NCBI RefSeq assembly: GCF_006345805.1
Contig: NW_021824450.1
Span: 1 to 18,283, forward strand
Source: Octopus sinensis
Lineage: Eukaryota
Direction of reading: 5' to 3'
Length of the DNA stretch: 18,283 nt
How positions within the stretch are numbered: the stretch's first letter is position 1; the number at the start of each line of letters is the position of its first letter. Below are positions 1 to 10,347 of the stretch, piece after piece. A program made the position numbers and the translations under genes. Under the pieces are notes generated by a model that worked only from the letters and a program-made list of their open reading frames with translations, searched no databases and was not told where the DNA came from.

Positions 1-89
1 TATATATATATATATATACAAAGACGCTCGTGTATTAATATATATATATATATATACACATATATATACACACACACAAAATATATGTA

Positions 90-1118
90 TCTTTATATAT
101 ATAAAACTGAGAATGTGTGTCTGTCTGTCTGTCTGTGTGTTTCACTAAAACTTGAGAACTACACAACCAATTCCATTCAAATTTTACACATGCCTTACTT
201 ATGGTCCATGTAGTTTCATGGGCAAAAAAATGTTCAACTTCTTGCCTAGAGCGAGCCCATAGCAATATCATATCTTCTCCACTATTTCAGTATTACGTGT
301 TAAAAGTGAAACAAAACAATTTCTCTATGTTATGTCAGATACTTTCACTTTAACAATAAAAATAATAATAACAATTGAATTATATGTAGTAAGTAATAAT
401 TAAAATCAAACTAAAGTATAATATCATCGTAACATAACAAAAGTAAAATTAGCAATTGGTATAAAATTGCATCAATGACTTGAAATTGAATAAGTGGTTT
501 CACATGAATGGGAATAAATAAAACATAAAATTAGCGTGCAGAAATGGAAGAGACCAGATGGATAATAAAAAATTAAATTAAATAAAAGACTATTGTCTAT
601 AAAGTATACAATGTAGAGAAAAACGAAGATTTAAACACCTGGAGGAAAGCATCTTCGAAAAGTGTCTTGGTGCGACTATGAAAGATATCTAACTAGAGGC
701 GGTAAATTCGCCACAATAGAAGCAAGGTTCGAGTCAAGGGAGCGTGCAAGGGAGTACTCGACTCGAACTTGCAAAGTGGAAATATTTTATTTTTACCTTT
801 ATATCTGGGACGTAGGACATGCCGGAAAAAATTTTTAAATGTCCCCCCCACCCGAAGTAGAAGCAGGCTGGATTGTAGCCACACTTCTATACAAGAGGGA
901 GGACAAGATACAATTGATCGAAATTACGAGACGGCTAACAATTCCAGTCTGTTATATATTTTGAGTATTGTTATCACTAGTGATATCAAGATATAACTTT
1001 GTATTTTATGTGTAGATGTATATATATATAGATGTACATGTAATATGTACACATAATATATACACATATATACATGCACTAGCACAATAAACTGGCAACG
1101 ACGGGTCTTTAATGCTAG
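90..1118 (+). mobile_element. Putative non-autonomous Helitron-like element; 5' part 90-~330 is clearly repetitive, linkage to the 3' end at 1118 is inferred
   Basis: Seen: A|TC start (TCTTTATATATATAAAACTGAG) followed by (TGTC)n. A degenerate GC hairpin (aactggcaacgacgggt, ~1090-1106) precedes CTAG|T at 1115-1119. Region 100-330 is duplicated at ~2175-2373. Knowledge: Helitrons start TC, end hairpin + CTRR and insert between A and T. Confidence 0.5.
586..950 (+). pseudogene. Degenerate coding fragment resembling a non-LTR retrotransposon ORF1 (L1/Tx1-like, RRM-type)
   Basis: Joining frames across about four apparent frameshifts gives KTIVYKVYNVEKN...LEESIFEKCLGATMKDI/RYLTRGGKFATIEARFESRERAREYSTRT/LQSGNILFLPLYLGRRTCRKKFLNVPP/EVEAGWIVATLL. 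The sense strand is purine-rich. The family assignment is my recognition only. Confidence 0.35.
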
Positions 1119-1189
1119 TATATATATATATATATATAATATATATATACATACATACACATACATATATATACGTACATATATACACT

Positions 1190-1380
1190 CTTCTGTCTTT
1201 GAAAACAACTTTCTTCACCCTTTTCCTTCCGGTCTTTCAAAATGTGACCTCGTGTGTACCGTTGGCGATTATTTTCCCCCTGTCTTCCCTTCTCTTATAT
1301 TTCCGACGAAGAGCTCCGCTCGAAACGTTAAACCCTCCTTCTTTCCTGAGCGTCCAATAATACTATATTTGTTCCACGTC
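1190..1380 (+). mobile_element. Dispersed repeat (family P1) with hammerhead-like motif; possible Penelope-like pseudo-LTR fragment
   Basis: 1315-1380 (tccgctcgaaacgttaaaccctccttc...gttccacgtc) recurs on the - strand within 13271-13391 and partly at 16911-16958. Motif CCGACGA-A-GAGC-TCC-GCTC-GAAA-CGTT at 1303-1329. The 5' boundary is approximate. Confidence 0.45.
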
Positions 1381-1513
1381 GGTTCGGTTCGGTTCGGTTC
1401 GGTTCGGCTCGGCTCGGCTCGGCTCGGCTCGGCTCGGCTCGGCTCGGCTCGGCTCGGCTCGGCTCGGCTCGGCTCGGCTCGGCTCGGTTCGGTTCGGTTC
1501 GGTTCGGTTCGGT
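1381..1513. repeat. Compound pentanucleotide microsatellite (GGTTC)5(GGCTC)16(GGTTC)5
   Basis: Counted directly: GGTTC 1381-1405, GGCTC 1406-1485, GGTTC 1486-1510, then GGT. Confidence 0.98.
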
Positions 1514-2000
1514 GAGGAGAGGAAGTTTAACACCACTTCAATATCCAAAAACAGATGAACAATTACTAACAAGCAATATAACATTAGATTTATGCATAAG
1601 TATTCATTGGATCTAATCCAGATAGTGTTTTCAAAAAGCTTTTCAGTTTTATATTTTAAAAATTTAATTTTAAAGTTTAAGAAAATTATAAGACGCTAAA
1701 TATATATGCTTACAACATACTAAAATGTCTGTAATTTTATTTAATAATATGTTTTTATTTCTATTACTAGCGCATATTATGCTACTGGATTCCTTGACGC
1801 AAAGCCTAAACGATTTAGTATATGAGCTCTGTGGTGTTGATTCAGTAATTATCGATTATCGTTAATTATACTCAATGTTAGACTGTATGAGGTGGTTAAT
1901 GTATGATGCTATTGTCGTGGAACTTTTTATATAGGGGTGAATAAATGAATTCTTGTACCCCTATATCTATTTTTTAAATCAGTAGTACTCCCTATATAAA

Positions 2001-2092
2001 TTTTCCTAAGTCCGGAGCGTTAAACTAATAAACCTGTTTGCTGTTTACACACCCGTCTTCGTCTTTTGTTCGTTTCTTTGGTAAATTCCAAA
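2001..2092 (+). repeat. Dispersed repeat fragment (family P2, downstream part)
   Basis: gagcgttaaactaata...cgtcttcgtcttttgtt resembles 2576-2640 and 16798-16860. Confidence 0.55.
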
Positions 2093-2147
2093 TATATATG
2101 AATGCATGTGTGTGTATGCATATATGTATATATATAAATATATAATA

Positions 2148-2174
<27 letters not shown>

Positions 2175-2178
<4 letters not shown>

Positions 2179-2373
2179 GAAACTGAGAATGTGTGTGTGT
2201 GTCTGTCTGTTTGTTCTCCTAAAACTTGAGAACTACACAACCAATTTCATTCACGTTTTACACATGCCTTACTTAGGGTCAATGTCTTGACTAGGGCGAG
2301 CCCACAGCAATATCAGATCTTCTCCACTATTTCAGTCTTATGTGTTAAAAGTGAAACAAAAACATCTCTCTAT
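2175..2373 (+). mobile_element. Second copy of the Helitron-like 5' region
   Basis: Aligns by eye to ~100-330 (aaactgagaatgtgtgt...aaaacttgagaactacacaacc...gttaaaagtgaaacaaaa), with a ~29-bp deletion relative to the first copy. Confidence 0.6.
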
Positions 2374-2417
2374 TGTATGTATATGGATGTATGTTGATTC
2401 GTTAGCTACTGCACGCA

Positions 2418-2486
2418 TTTTTTTCTCTCCTTTTTTTTTCTCTCCTTTTTTTTCTCTCCTTTTTTTTCTCTCCTTTTTTTCTCTCC
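2418..2486. repeat. Short tandem repeat (T7-9CTCTCC)5
   Basis: Five units read directly. Confidence 0.9.
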
Positions 2487-2499
2487 TTCTTTCTGTGTT

Positions 2500-2652
2500 T
2501 TTTTTGTCTCTGTGTATCTTTCTGTTGAAGAGCGTAGGCTCGAAACGTTAAAGACTTGTTTTATTTATATTTCCTGAGCGCCATACTAATACAATTGTTC
2601 GTTTGTTTTCCACCTGCCTTCGTCTTTTGTTTATCTTCATAAAGCTTCCCGT
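2500..2652 (+). mobile_element. Dispersed repeat (family P2) with hammerhead-like motif; possible Penelope-like pseudo-LTR fragment
   Basis: TCTTT-CTGTTGA-A-GAGC-GTAG-GCTC-GAAA-CGTT-AAAGA at 2517-2554. Homologous to ~16720-16870. Confidence 0.5.
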
Positions 2653-2820
2653 TATATATACAAGTATATATGTAGCTGTATATGCATAGCTGTATATGCA
2701 TAGCTGTATATGTATAGATATACAAGATGTGTATATATATATAGATGTATTGGTAATATGTACACATATATATATACAGATATCTACATGCATACATATA
2801 TACACCCATACACACACAAC

Positions 2821-3895
2821 CACCCTCTTTGATCTCTGTCGGCACCCTCATTGATCTCTGTCGGCACTCGTCTTTAATCTATGTCGACTCGCTCTTTGAT
2901 CTCTGTCGGCACCCTCTTTGATCTCTGTCGGCACCCTCTTTGATCTCTGTCGGCACCCTCTTTTATCTCTGTCGACACCCTCTTTGATCTCTGTCGGCAC
3001 CGTCTTTGATCTCTTTCAGCATGCTCTTTGATCTCTGTCGAAACGCTCTTTGATATCTGTCGGCACCCACTATGATATCTGTCAGCACCCACTATGATAT
3101 CTCTCGGCACCCTTTTTGATCTCTGTCGGCACCCGCTTTGATCTCTGTCGGCACCCTCTTTGATCTCTGTCGGCACCCTCTTTGATCTCTGTCGGCACCC
3201 TCTTGATCTCTGTCGGCACCCTCTTGATCTCTGTCGGCACCCTCTTGATCTCTGTCGGCACCCTCTTGATCTCTGTCGGCACCCTCTTTGATCTCTGTCG
3301 ACACCCTCTTTGATCTCTGTCGGCACCGTCTTTGATCTCTTTCAGCATGCTCTTTGATCTCTGTCGGAACGCTCTTTGATTTCTGTCGGCACCCACTATG
3401 ATATCTGTCAGCACCCACTATGATATCTCTCGGCACCCTCTTTGATCTCTGTCGGCACCCTCTTTGATCTCTGTCGACACCCTCTTTGATCTCTGTCGGC
3501 ACCCTCTTTGTTCTCTGTCGGCACCCTCTTTGATCTCTGTTGGCACCCTCTTTGATATCTGTCGGCACCCTCTTTTATCTCTGTCGGCTCCCACTTTGAT
3601 CTCTTTCGGCAGCCTCTTTGATCTCTGTCGGCACCCTCTTTTATCTCTGTCGGCACCCTCTTTGATCTCTGTCGGCACCCACTTTGATCTCTGTCGACGC
3701 CCTCTTTGATCTCTGTCGGCACCCACTTTGATCTCTGTCGGCACCCACTTTGATCTCTGTCGGCACACACTTTGATCTCTGTCGGCACCCTCTTTGATCT
3801 CTGTCGGCACCCACTTTGATCTCTGTCAGCACCCACTTTGATCTCTGTCGGCACCCTCTTTGATCTCTGTCGGCAGCCTCTTTGATCTCTGTCGA
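2821..3895. repeat. 22-bp minisatellite, consensus CACCCTCTTTGATCTCTGTCGG, about 49 units
   Basis: Head-to-tail units with no spacers. Four 21-bp variant units at ~3196-3279. A block of variant units is duplicated at an offset of 326 bp. Confidence 0.97.
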
Positions 3896-5938
3896 CAGTC
3901 AGCTGCTGATAGTTGCGACACCCGTGGGATGTATGCCGGTTTGAAGAAGGCCCTCGGTCCATCCGCAACCAAGTCCCCTCTGGAATAAACTACTGGATAT
4001 CTCATCAAGGACCAAAGCAAGCAAATGGATACATGGGTGGAGTACTACCAGGATCTGTACTCACGGGAGACCACGGTAGCTGAGGCTGCAATCGAGGGTG
4101 TCAAGATCTTACCAGTCATGTATGAACTTGACAGTCTACCATCTATAGTAGAGCTCACCAAGTCTATTGACTCCCTAGCAAGTAACAAGGCTCCGGGAAA
4201 AGACGGCATCCCTTTACAGATCATCAAAACCGGCAAAAACATTCATGAGCTTCTGTGTCAGTGCCGGGAAGAGGGCGCAGTCCTTCAGAATATGCGGGAT
4301 GCTAACATCATTACGCTTTACAAAAACAAAGGTGACCGGGGTGATTGTAACAATTACCGTGGAATATCTCTTCTAAGCACTGTTGGAAAAAGCCTCTGCT
4401 CGCATTATCCTGTCCAGGCTACTACTGCTTGCTTCTCGAATTTATCCAGAATCGCAGTGTGGCTTTAGGAGAAGCAGATCAACTATTAACATGATATTCT
4501 CCATACTCCAACTTCAGGAGAGGTCCAGAGAGCAGAAAATGCCATTATATATGGCCTTCATTGATCGGCCTTTGACTTGGTAAGTAGAAAAGGCCTCTTC
4601 ATCCTGCTCCAAAAAATTGCATGTCCACCAAAGCTGCTGAGGATCATCAAATCTTCCCATAATGATATGCAAGGCACCATACAGCACAATGGTTCAACAT
4701 CAGCCGGCTTCCAAATAAAAATCGGGATAAAGCAAGGTTGTGTCCTTCCTCCTACATTATTTGGCATCTTCTTCTCACTGCTGCTGTCACATGCCTTTGA
4801 GACATCAGATGATCGATTGTTTCTGCACAGTAGAAATGATGGGAAACTGTTCAATCTCTCGCGCCTGCGTGCCAAGACCAAAATCAGAAGCGTCCTGTTC
4901 AAGGAGATGCTATTTGCTGATGATGCCACTCTGGTATCACACACAGAAGAAGCCTTTCAAAGGCTCATCAACTGTTTTGAGCAAGCATGTGGCAACTTTG
5001 GCTTAGTTACCAGCCTCAAGAAGACGAACATCATGGGTCAGGCTACATCGGACATCCCAAACATACATATTAGAGACCACAGACTACAGGAGATGGAGAA
5101 GTTTACCTATCTTGGCTCTACCGTCACCTACAACCTATCCATTGATGCTGAGCTCAATATACGCATTGGCAAGGCAGCTGCTGTGATGGCCCAACTCGCC
5201 AAACGGGCATGGGACAACAATAAGCTGACCAAGACCACCTAAATGAAGATTTACTAGGCATGCGTACTTAGCACTCTACTGTATGGAAGTGAGACTTGGA
5301 CGCCATACACACGCCATACGACGCCATACGTCGCCTAAATATCTTTCACCTGCGCTGCCTCCGGAAAATCCTTCGCATCAAATGGCAGAATCATGTCCTC
5401 AACAAAGATGTCCTCAAGCAAGCAGGAATACCAAGCATGTTTGCACTCCTCACACAAAGACGTATGAGATGGCTTGGACATGTTAGCCGTATGGAAGATG
5501 GCAGAATCCCCAAGGACATACTCAACGGAGAGCTTGCTAGGGGCACTAGGTCTGTGGGAAGACCTTTCTTACGATACAAGGACGTTTGCAAAAGGGACAT
5601 GAATGCCTGCAACATCAATATTACAAACTGTGAAGCAGTTGCCAGCAACCGTGGAGATTGGCGACGTACCGTAAAAGAGGGAACACAAAGAAGTGACATA
5701 GAGAGAGAGAGGAGAAATAGAAAGACAAGAAAAGACGTCATCAAGAAACTATGACATTACAACCAGCCAGGCAAAGTCTTCGCTACATTTGCAGTACCTG
5801 CCAGAGGGAGTGTTCGTCCAGGATAGGACTACACAGCCAGAGCAAGAGATGTATTAGGACATGAAATGTAAAAGCCGGACTAGACTACTTTATGCCCAAC
5901 TCCATTGCCTCCCGAGACAAAAAGCATGCCAACAACAA
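3884..5938 (+). mobile_element. 5'-truncated, inactive RTE-clade LINE (reverse transcriptase, C-terminal Cys-rich motif, 3' UTR, (CAA)3 tail)
   Basis: Seen across ORFs 4025-4468, 4383-4583, 4577-5242 and 5296-5754: KAPGKDGIP, LYKNKGDRGDCNNYRGISLLS, PESQCGFR, GIKQGCVLPPTLF, MLFADD (FADD at 4913-4924), FTYLGS, RWLGHVSRMEDGRIPKDIL. YICSTCQRECSSRIGLHSQSKRC at 5784-5852. The endonuclease domain is absent. Multiple frameshifts and stops (e.g. TAA 3986; 10-bp duplication at 5311-5330). These motifs are typical of RTE-clade elements. Confidence 0.93.
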
Positions 5939-5945
5939 TATATAT

Positions 5946-6155
5946 GGATTTCGTAGACAGGAACTGAAACAAATCAATTGTATATATATGTATGTATATA
6001 TGTAAGTGTATGTGTGTGTCTTTGTCTCTGTGTTTCGCCCTCATCACTGCTTCACAACTGCTGTTCATTTATTTACATCCATATAACTTACTGGTTTCAC
6101 AAGAACAAACTAATAGAATAAGTACTAGGCTTATCAACATAAAAAAAGCACTAGG
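5946..6155 (+). mobile_element. Partial SINE (family S1: end of head, microsatellite linker, start of tail)
   Basis: ggatttcgtagacaggaactgaaac resembles 10740-10765 and 8218-8243. The downstream part resembles 10820-10925. Confidence 0.55.
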
Positions 6156-7748
6156 CTGTGTCTTATATTTTTGTTTGCCCACTCAGTTGTTTCTATCAAT
6201 TTATCTTTGTATGTGTGTGTATATATATATATATATATATAAATTTATAAGTATAAATTAATAATTAAAATTTTTTTTTTTAATTTTTAACTTTTAATTT
6301 AAATAATTTAAATTTTGAATATTATATTTTATATAATTTGTATATTATATTAATTAATTTTATTTCTATATTTTGGTTTATGTTTTTCACTGTTTGATTT
6401 GCCTAATAGTGGTTTTATCTCTAATTTAATATATATATATATTTATACTGTGAAATTAGATTTAATCCTAAATGGAGCCTTAACTCCCAAATTTTAGTCA
6501 TTTCTTTTATGATCCAAACTAGTCAAAAGTGCTGAATGCATCTTTATGAAATTTGGAAATTACATTCTATGCATAAGGGCCATAACCCCCATGACAATTC
6601 ATATATTTTTGCTGTTGATGAAATTTTAACCATAAATATTAGACACAAATGATGTAATATTTATAAAATTTCATCTTCTTACAAAGTTAGAAAGACCCCT
6701 CCATGGGGACTTAACACGCACAATTTTGTCTTTTCATCTAAGCAAAAACGAATACAGTTGTGCTCTTGGAAACTGTAGGGTTACCCGAGCATAAAAGTTG
6801 GGTATTATTTCTAATTCAATGGTACAACAGTGTAACAGTTTGCTTTGACATACACTTACATTGTGATTTCTGCAATGTGTTGCATAAATTGTCAAGTAAA
6901 TGAGAGGCATCTTTGCCTCCGCTGATTCAGTTGCAAAGTGTTGAGTAAATTTATTTGATTGCAGACTTCCTTTCAGTCTTTTTATTATCACTGGGTCACA
7001 CATAGTCCCCAGATGGTAACATTGATTTTAAGGCCTTCCCAGATGAGTGACTGGTTATTCAAAGACATTTATAGATTTTAAATTTATTCTGTCCAGTTAC
7101 GTATCAGTATAGTGGTCATTTGCAAACTCCAGAGGTGACACTTTTATTTCTCCTTAGCCCTCACGTCACTCTGTTGTTAATGTTGATTTCAGTTGGGTCA
7201 CGCCCTTCCAATTGCTATAGATTCGTAATGCATCTTACGGCTGTGCCTGTCACCTGGGTGGTGAGGAATCCTACATTGGGAGTGGTAACGACTAGGGTAG
7301 GGTAACTGACTGCTTATTGTGATCATTCGTCTTTTGGTTTCCTGTAGCTTTGCTCTCTTTTACAAACCCAGTGAACATATATTTCCTATTTCAAAGAAAT
7401 TCAAACAATAGATATAAGACCCAAGTTAAAAAGATTCTCAACAATTCAAATTCTCTGGTTGACACTAAGACACCCACCCCAACAGGGGACTTAACTCTCA
7501 CATTTTAGAGCTCCATGACTTTCATTTTTCAGGAGCAAAATCTTTTTAACAGGTTCCATAAGACTGGAATTTTGGAATCTGCGCATAAAAATCAGTAGTA
7601 TGGGATACATGTGGCACGATTACAATTCTTTTAGGGTGTGTAAAGAGGGAAATAACCCTCATTGCAATTTTGATGAAATTCGAAACATAGGTATTCCAGT
7701 TCATTACAGAAGATATAAGAGGAAGGTCTAATTCTTCAAGTGAATGTA

Positions 7749-7776
7749 ACCGGGCAACGCCGGGTATCTCTGCTAG
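7749..7776 (+). mobile_element. Helitron-like 3' terminus; the element probably extends upstream toward ~6450, boundary undetermined
   Basis: Hairpin ACCGGGC-AAC-GCCGGGT (7749-7765, one mismatch), then CTAG at 7773-7776, followed by T. Confidence 0.6.
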
Positions 7777-8107
7777 TACATATATATATACACCATGGCT
7801 ACGCCTGCATATAGACCTGTCTTTGTCGTTTGTTTTCTACAGATTCGAATTATACATACATAAGGTTTAGGATAAACCTTTAGGTGTATTCAAGAGGTGC
7901 CAGATTCTAGTGAAGCTTCCTAAGTGCGTAAATAACTTCACGACAAAAGTAAATTTCTTGTTCTGGTTATTTCTCTGTGGTCAGAAAAGAGTGAACCCTC
8001 TGAATCGAGTTTCGAGTCCGACAGGAAATTTATGAAAGTTTGAAATAGTCAACTGCTGGAGAGGTAGAAATTTGTAGACCAGTTTATTTTATTTTTAGTT
8101 TTTTTAT

Positions 8108-8250
8108 AGGCGCAGATGTGGCTATGTGGTAATAAATTTACTTCCAAACCAAATAGTTCCCGGTTCAGAAACATTGGGCAGGTATCTTCTACTCGGGTCG
8201 CCCAAAGCCTTGTGAGTGGATTTGGTAAATTGAAACTGAAAGAACACGTC

Positions 8251-8251
<1 letters not shown>
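8108..8251 (+). mobile_element. tRNA-derived SINE head (family S1), degenerate
   Basis: aggcgcagatgtggctatgtggtaa (A-box-like)...ggttcag (B-box-like)...ccttgtgagtgga...aaactgaaagaa. Homologous to 10612-10775. Confidence 0.7.

Positions 8252-8345
<94 letters not shown>
8252..8345. repeat. (TA)n microsatellite abutting the mariner TIR
   Basis: Perfect TA run. Confidence 0.97.
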
Positions 8346-8349
<4 letters not shown>

Positions 8350-9045
8350 GTTGTTCCGAAAATAATGACAGATTTCAGAAACAATTTTATTGTGGCAAAA
8401 TGAACAATAGATATGTTTTGATTAGTCAAAGTATGAGTCGTGAGCATCTTTGCATCCCTGCCATCGATTCATGAGATTATTTATGCCTCGTTAATAAAAA
8501 CTTATTGGCTTTGATGCTAAGAAATCTTTGAAAGCTGATTCCACCTCTAGTTTGGACCTGAAATTTTTATCACTTAAAAATGTGTTTAAATGCTTTAAAA
8601 AATGGTAGTCAGTAGGGGAAAGATCAGGAGAATATGCAGGGTGTGGTAAAGTCTCGAATCCCAAGTCTGTGAGTTTCTGCAGCGTTATTCTTGCAACATG
8701 TTGCTTTGCATTATATTGGAGCAGAATTGGTCCACACCGATTTACCAATGCAGGTTTCCTTTCTTACAAGTGCGCATGCATTTTAGTGAGTTGATTGCAG
8801 TAAACCTCTGCTGTAATGCACCGATTGGCTTCCAGAAAGATTTAATGGACAACCCCAATTGCAGACCACCAGACTGTCACCATAATCGTTTGCTGATGCA
8901 ACTTTGGCTTTGGGAAATATTTGGGGCACTCATCACGAACAAGCTATTGACCTGATTGTTTACGGTTATCATAAAGGATCCACTTTTCGTCACAAGTGAC
9001 TATTTGGTGAAGAAAAGGATAATTGGTGTTTCGTAGAAAGAGCGG
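8346..9045 (-). mobile_element. Truncated mariner (Tc1/mariner, DD34D type) DNA transposon with one TIR
   Basis: TA followed by TTAGGTTGTTCCGAAAATAATGACAGATTT (8346-8375), similar to mariner TIRs that begin TTAGGTTG. Transposase on the - strand. The other end is lost near the SINE at ~9075. Confidence 0.9.
8422..9042 (-). pseudogene. Mariner transposase catalytic-domain pseudogene
   Basis: One frame with in-frame stops: FLHQIVTCDEKWILYDN...MVTVWWS...GPILLQYNAKQH (second catalytic D of HDNA mutated)...LPHPAYSPDLSPTDYHFL...RWQGCKDAHDSYFD*. The N-terminal HTH is absent. Confidence 0.92.
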
Positions 9046-9074
9046 CCATTATTTTCAGAACAGCTTAATATGTT

Positions 9075-9310
9075 TTCTTCTATTCTTATATGTGTTTCAG
9101 TCATTTGACTGCGGCCTTGCTGGAGCTCCACCCCAAGTCGAACAAATTGACCCCAGGATTTATTCTTTGTAAACCTAGTATTTATTTTATCGGTCACTTT
9201 TGCCAAAGTGCTAAGTTACTGGGACGTAAACACACCAGCATCACGTCGGTTGTCAAGCGATCGTGGGAGGACAAACACAGACACAAAGATACACACACAA
9301 ATACATACAT
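9075..9310 (-). mobile_element. SINE tail (family S1)
   Basis: tgtttcagtcatttgactgcggcc...ggacaaacacagac. Homologous to 17455-17655 and to the reverse complement of 10820-11015. Confidence 0.7.
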
Positions 9311-9320
9311 ATATATAATA

Positions 9321-9333
9321 TGTGTGTGTGTGT

Positions 9334-9409
<76 letters not shown>
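9321..9409. repeat. (TG)n microsatellite
   Basis: Read directly. Confidence 0.97.
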
Positions 9410-9411
<2 letters not shown>

Positions 9412-9916
9412 GGGTTATGACTCTTTGATTTTCTGGAAGTAGACAATTTTCTGTCAAAGGTCGAGGAATAATTTCATATAAGGAAAGTAACATTTTTTAA
9501 AAGTTTCTTTTAAAAAACGTCACTCACAACTGAAGAAATCTACAACCACATTTGACCCAAAGCATGCAAAATTCTAAAGTGGTTCATAACTCCTACTCAG
9601 GTTTTTACCAAACTTGGTGTGTTGCCTTAATGCAACGCAGAAGCAGTATATCTTAAATTTCAGTTTTCAAGTTTGAGTAGTTTAGGAGTTATAGAGTTTT
9701 TAATTTGTTACCACTTAGGCCTTACTTTAGGAAATATCCTCTTACTCTCCTTTTTATTTCTATGACACTATTGATCCCTTTTGATCGATTTTTTTCTTTT
9801 GCCTTTTATTTTATACCCCCACCAATTTTTTTTTGCTTTCCTCTTTCTTTCCTTTTACGATCCCTTTTGATCGAAAACCAAAACCCCTTTTTTTATCCCC
9901 AAAAAGAAAAGCTCTA

Positions 9917-10313
9917 ATACATACATACATACATACATACATACATACATACATACATACATACATACATACATACATACGTACGTACATACATACATAC
10001 ATACATACATACATACATACATACGTAAATACATACATACATACATACGTACATACGTACATACATACATACATACATACATACGTAAATACATACATAC
10101 ATACATACGTACATACATACATACATATATACATACATACATAGATACATACATACATACATACGTAAATACATACATACATACATACGTACATACATAC
10201 ATACATACATATATACATACATACGTAAATACATACATACATACATACGTACATACGTACATACATACATACATACATACATACATACGTAAATACATAC
10301 ATACATACATACG

Positions 10314-10347
<34 letters not shown>

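Noticed and set aside
1252-1584. LGSAR/AEPSR repeat ORFs
   Set aside because: Translations of the GGYTC microsatellite.
2821-3968. 22-bp array as a CRISPR array or repeat protein gene
   Set aside because: Units are head-to-tail with no unique spacers, no cas genes are present and the context is eukaryotic. The unit length is not a multiple of three, so the ORFs are open by chance.
4025-5754. RT ORFs as an active retrotransposon or domesticated gene
   Set aside because: Several frameshifts and stops, and no endonuclease domain.
6240-6440. Extremely AT-rich irregular tract (similar homopolymer-rich tract at 9700-9910)
   Set aside because: No definable structure. It could be degenerate (TA)n or low-quality consensus; this cannot be judged without reads.
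8491-8748. Mariner ORF as a SETMAR-like host gene
   Set aside because: In-frame stops on both sides, a mutated catalytic aspartate, no SET domain and an adjacent TIR.
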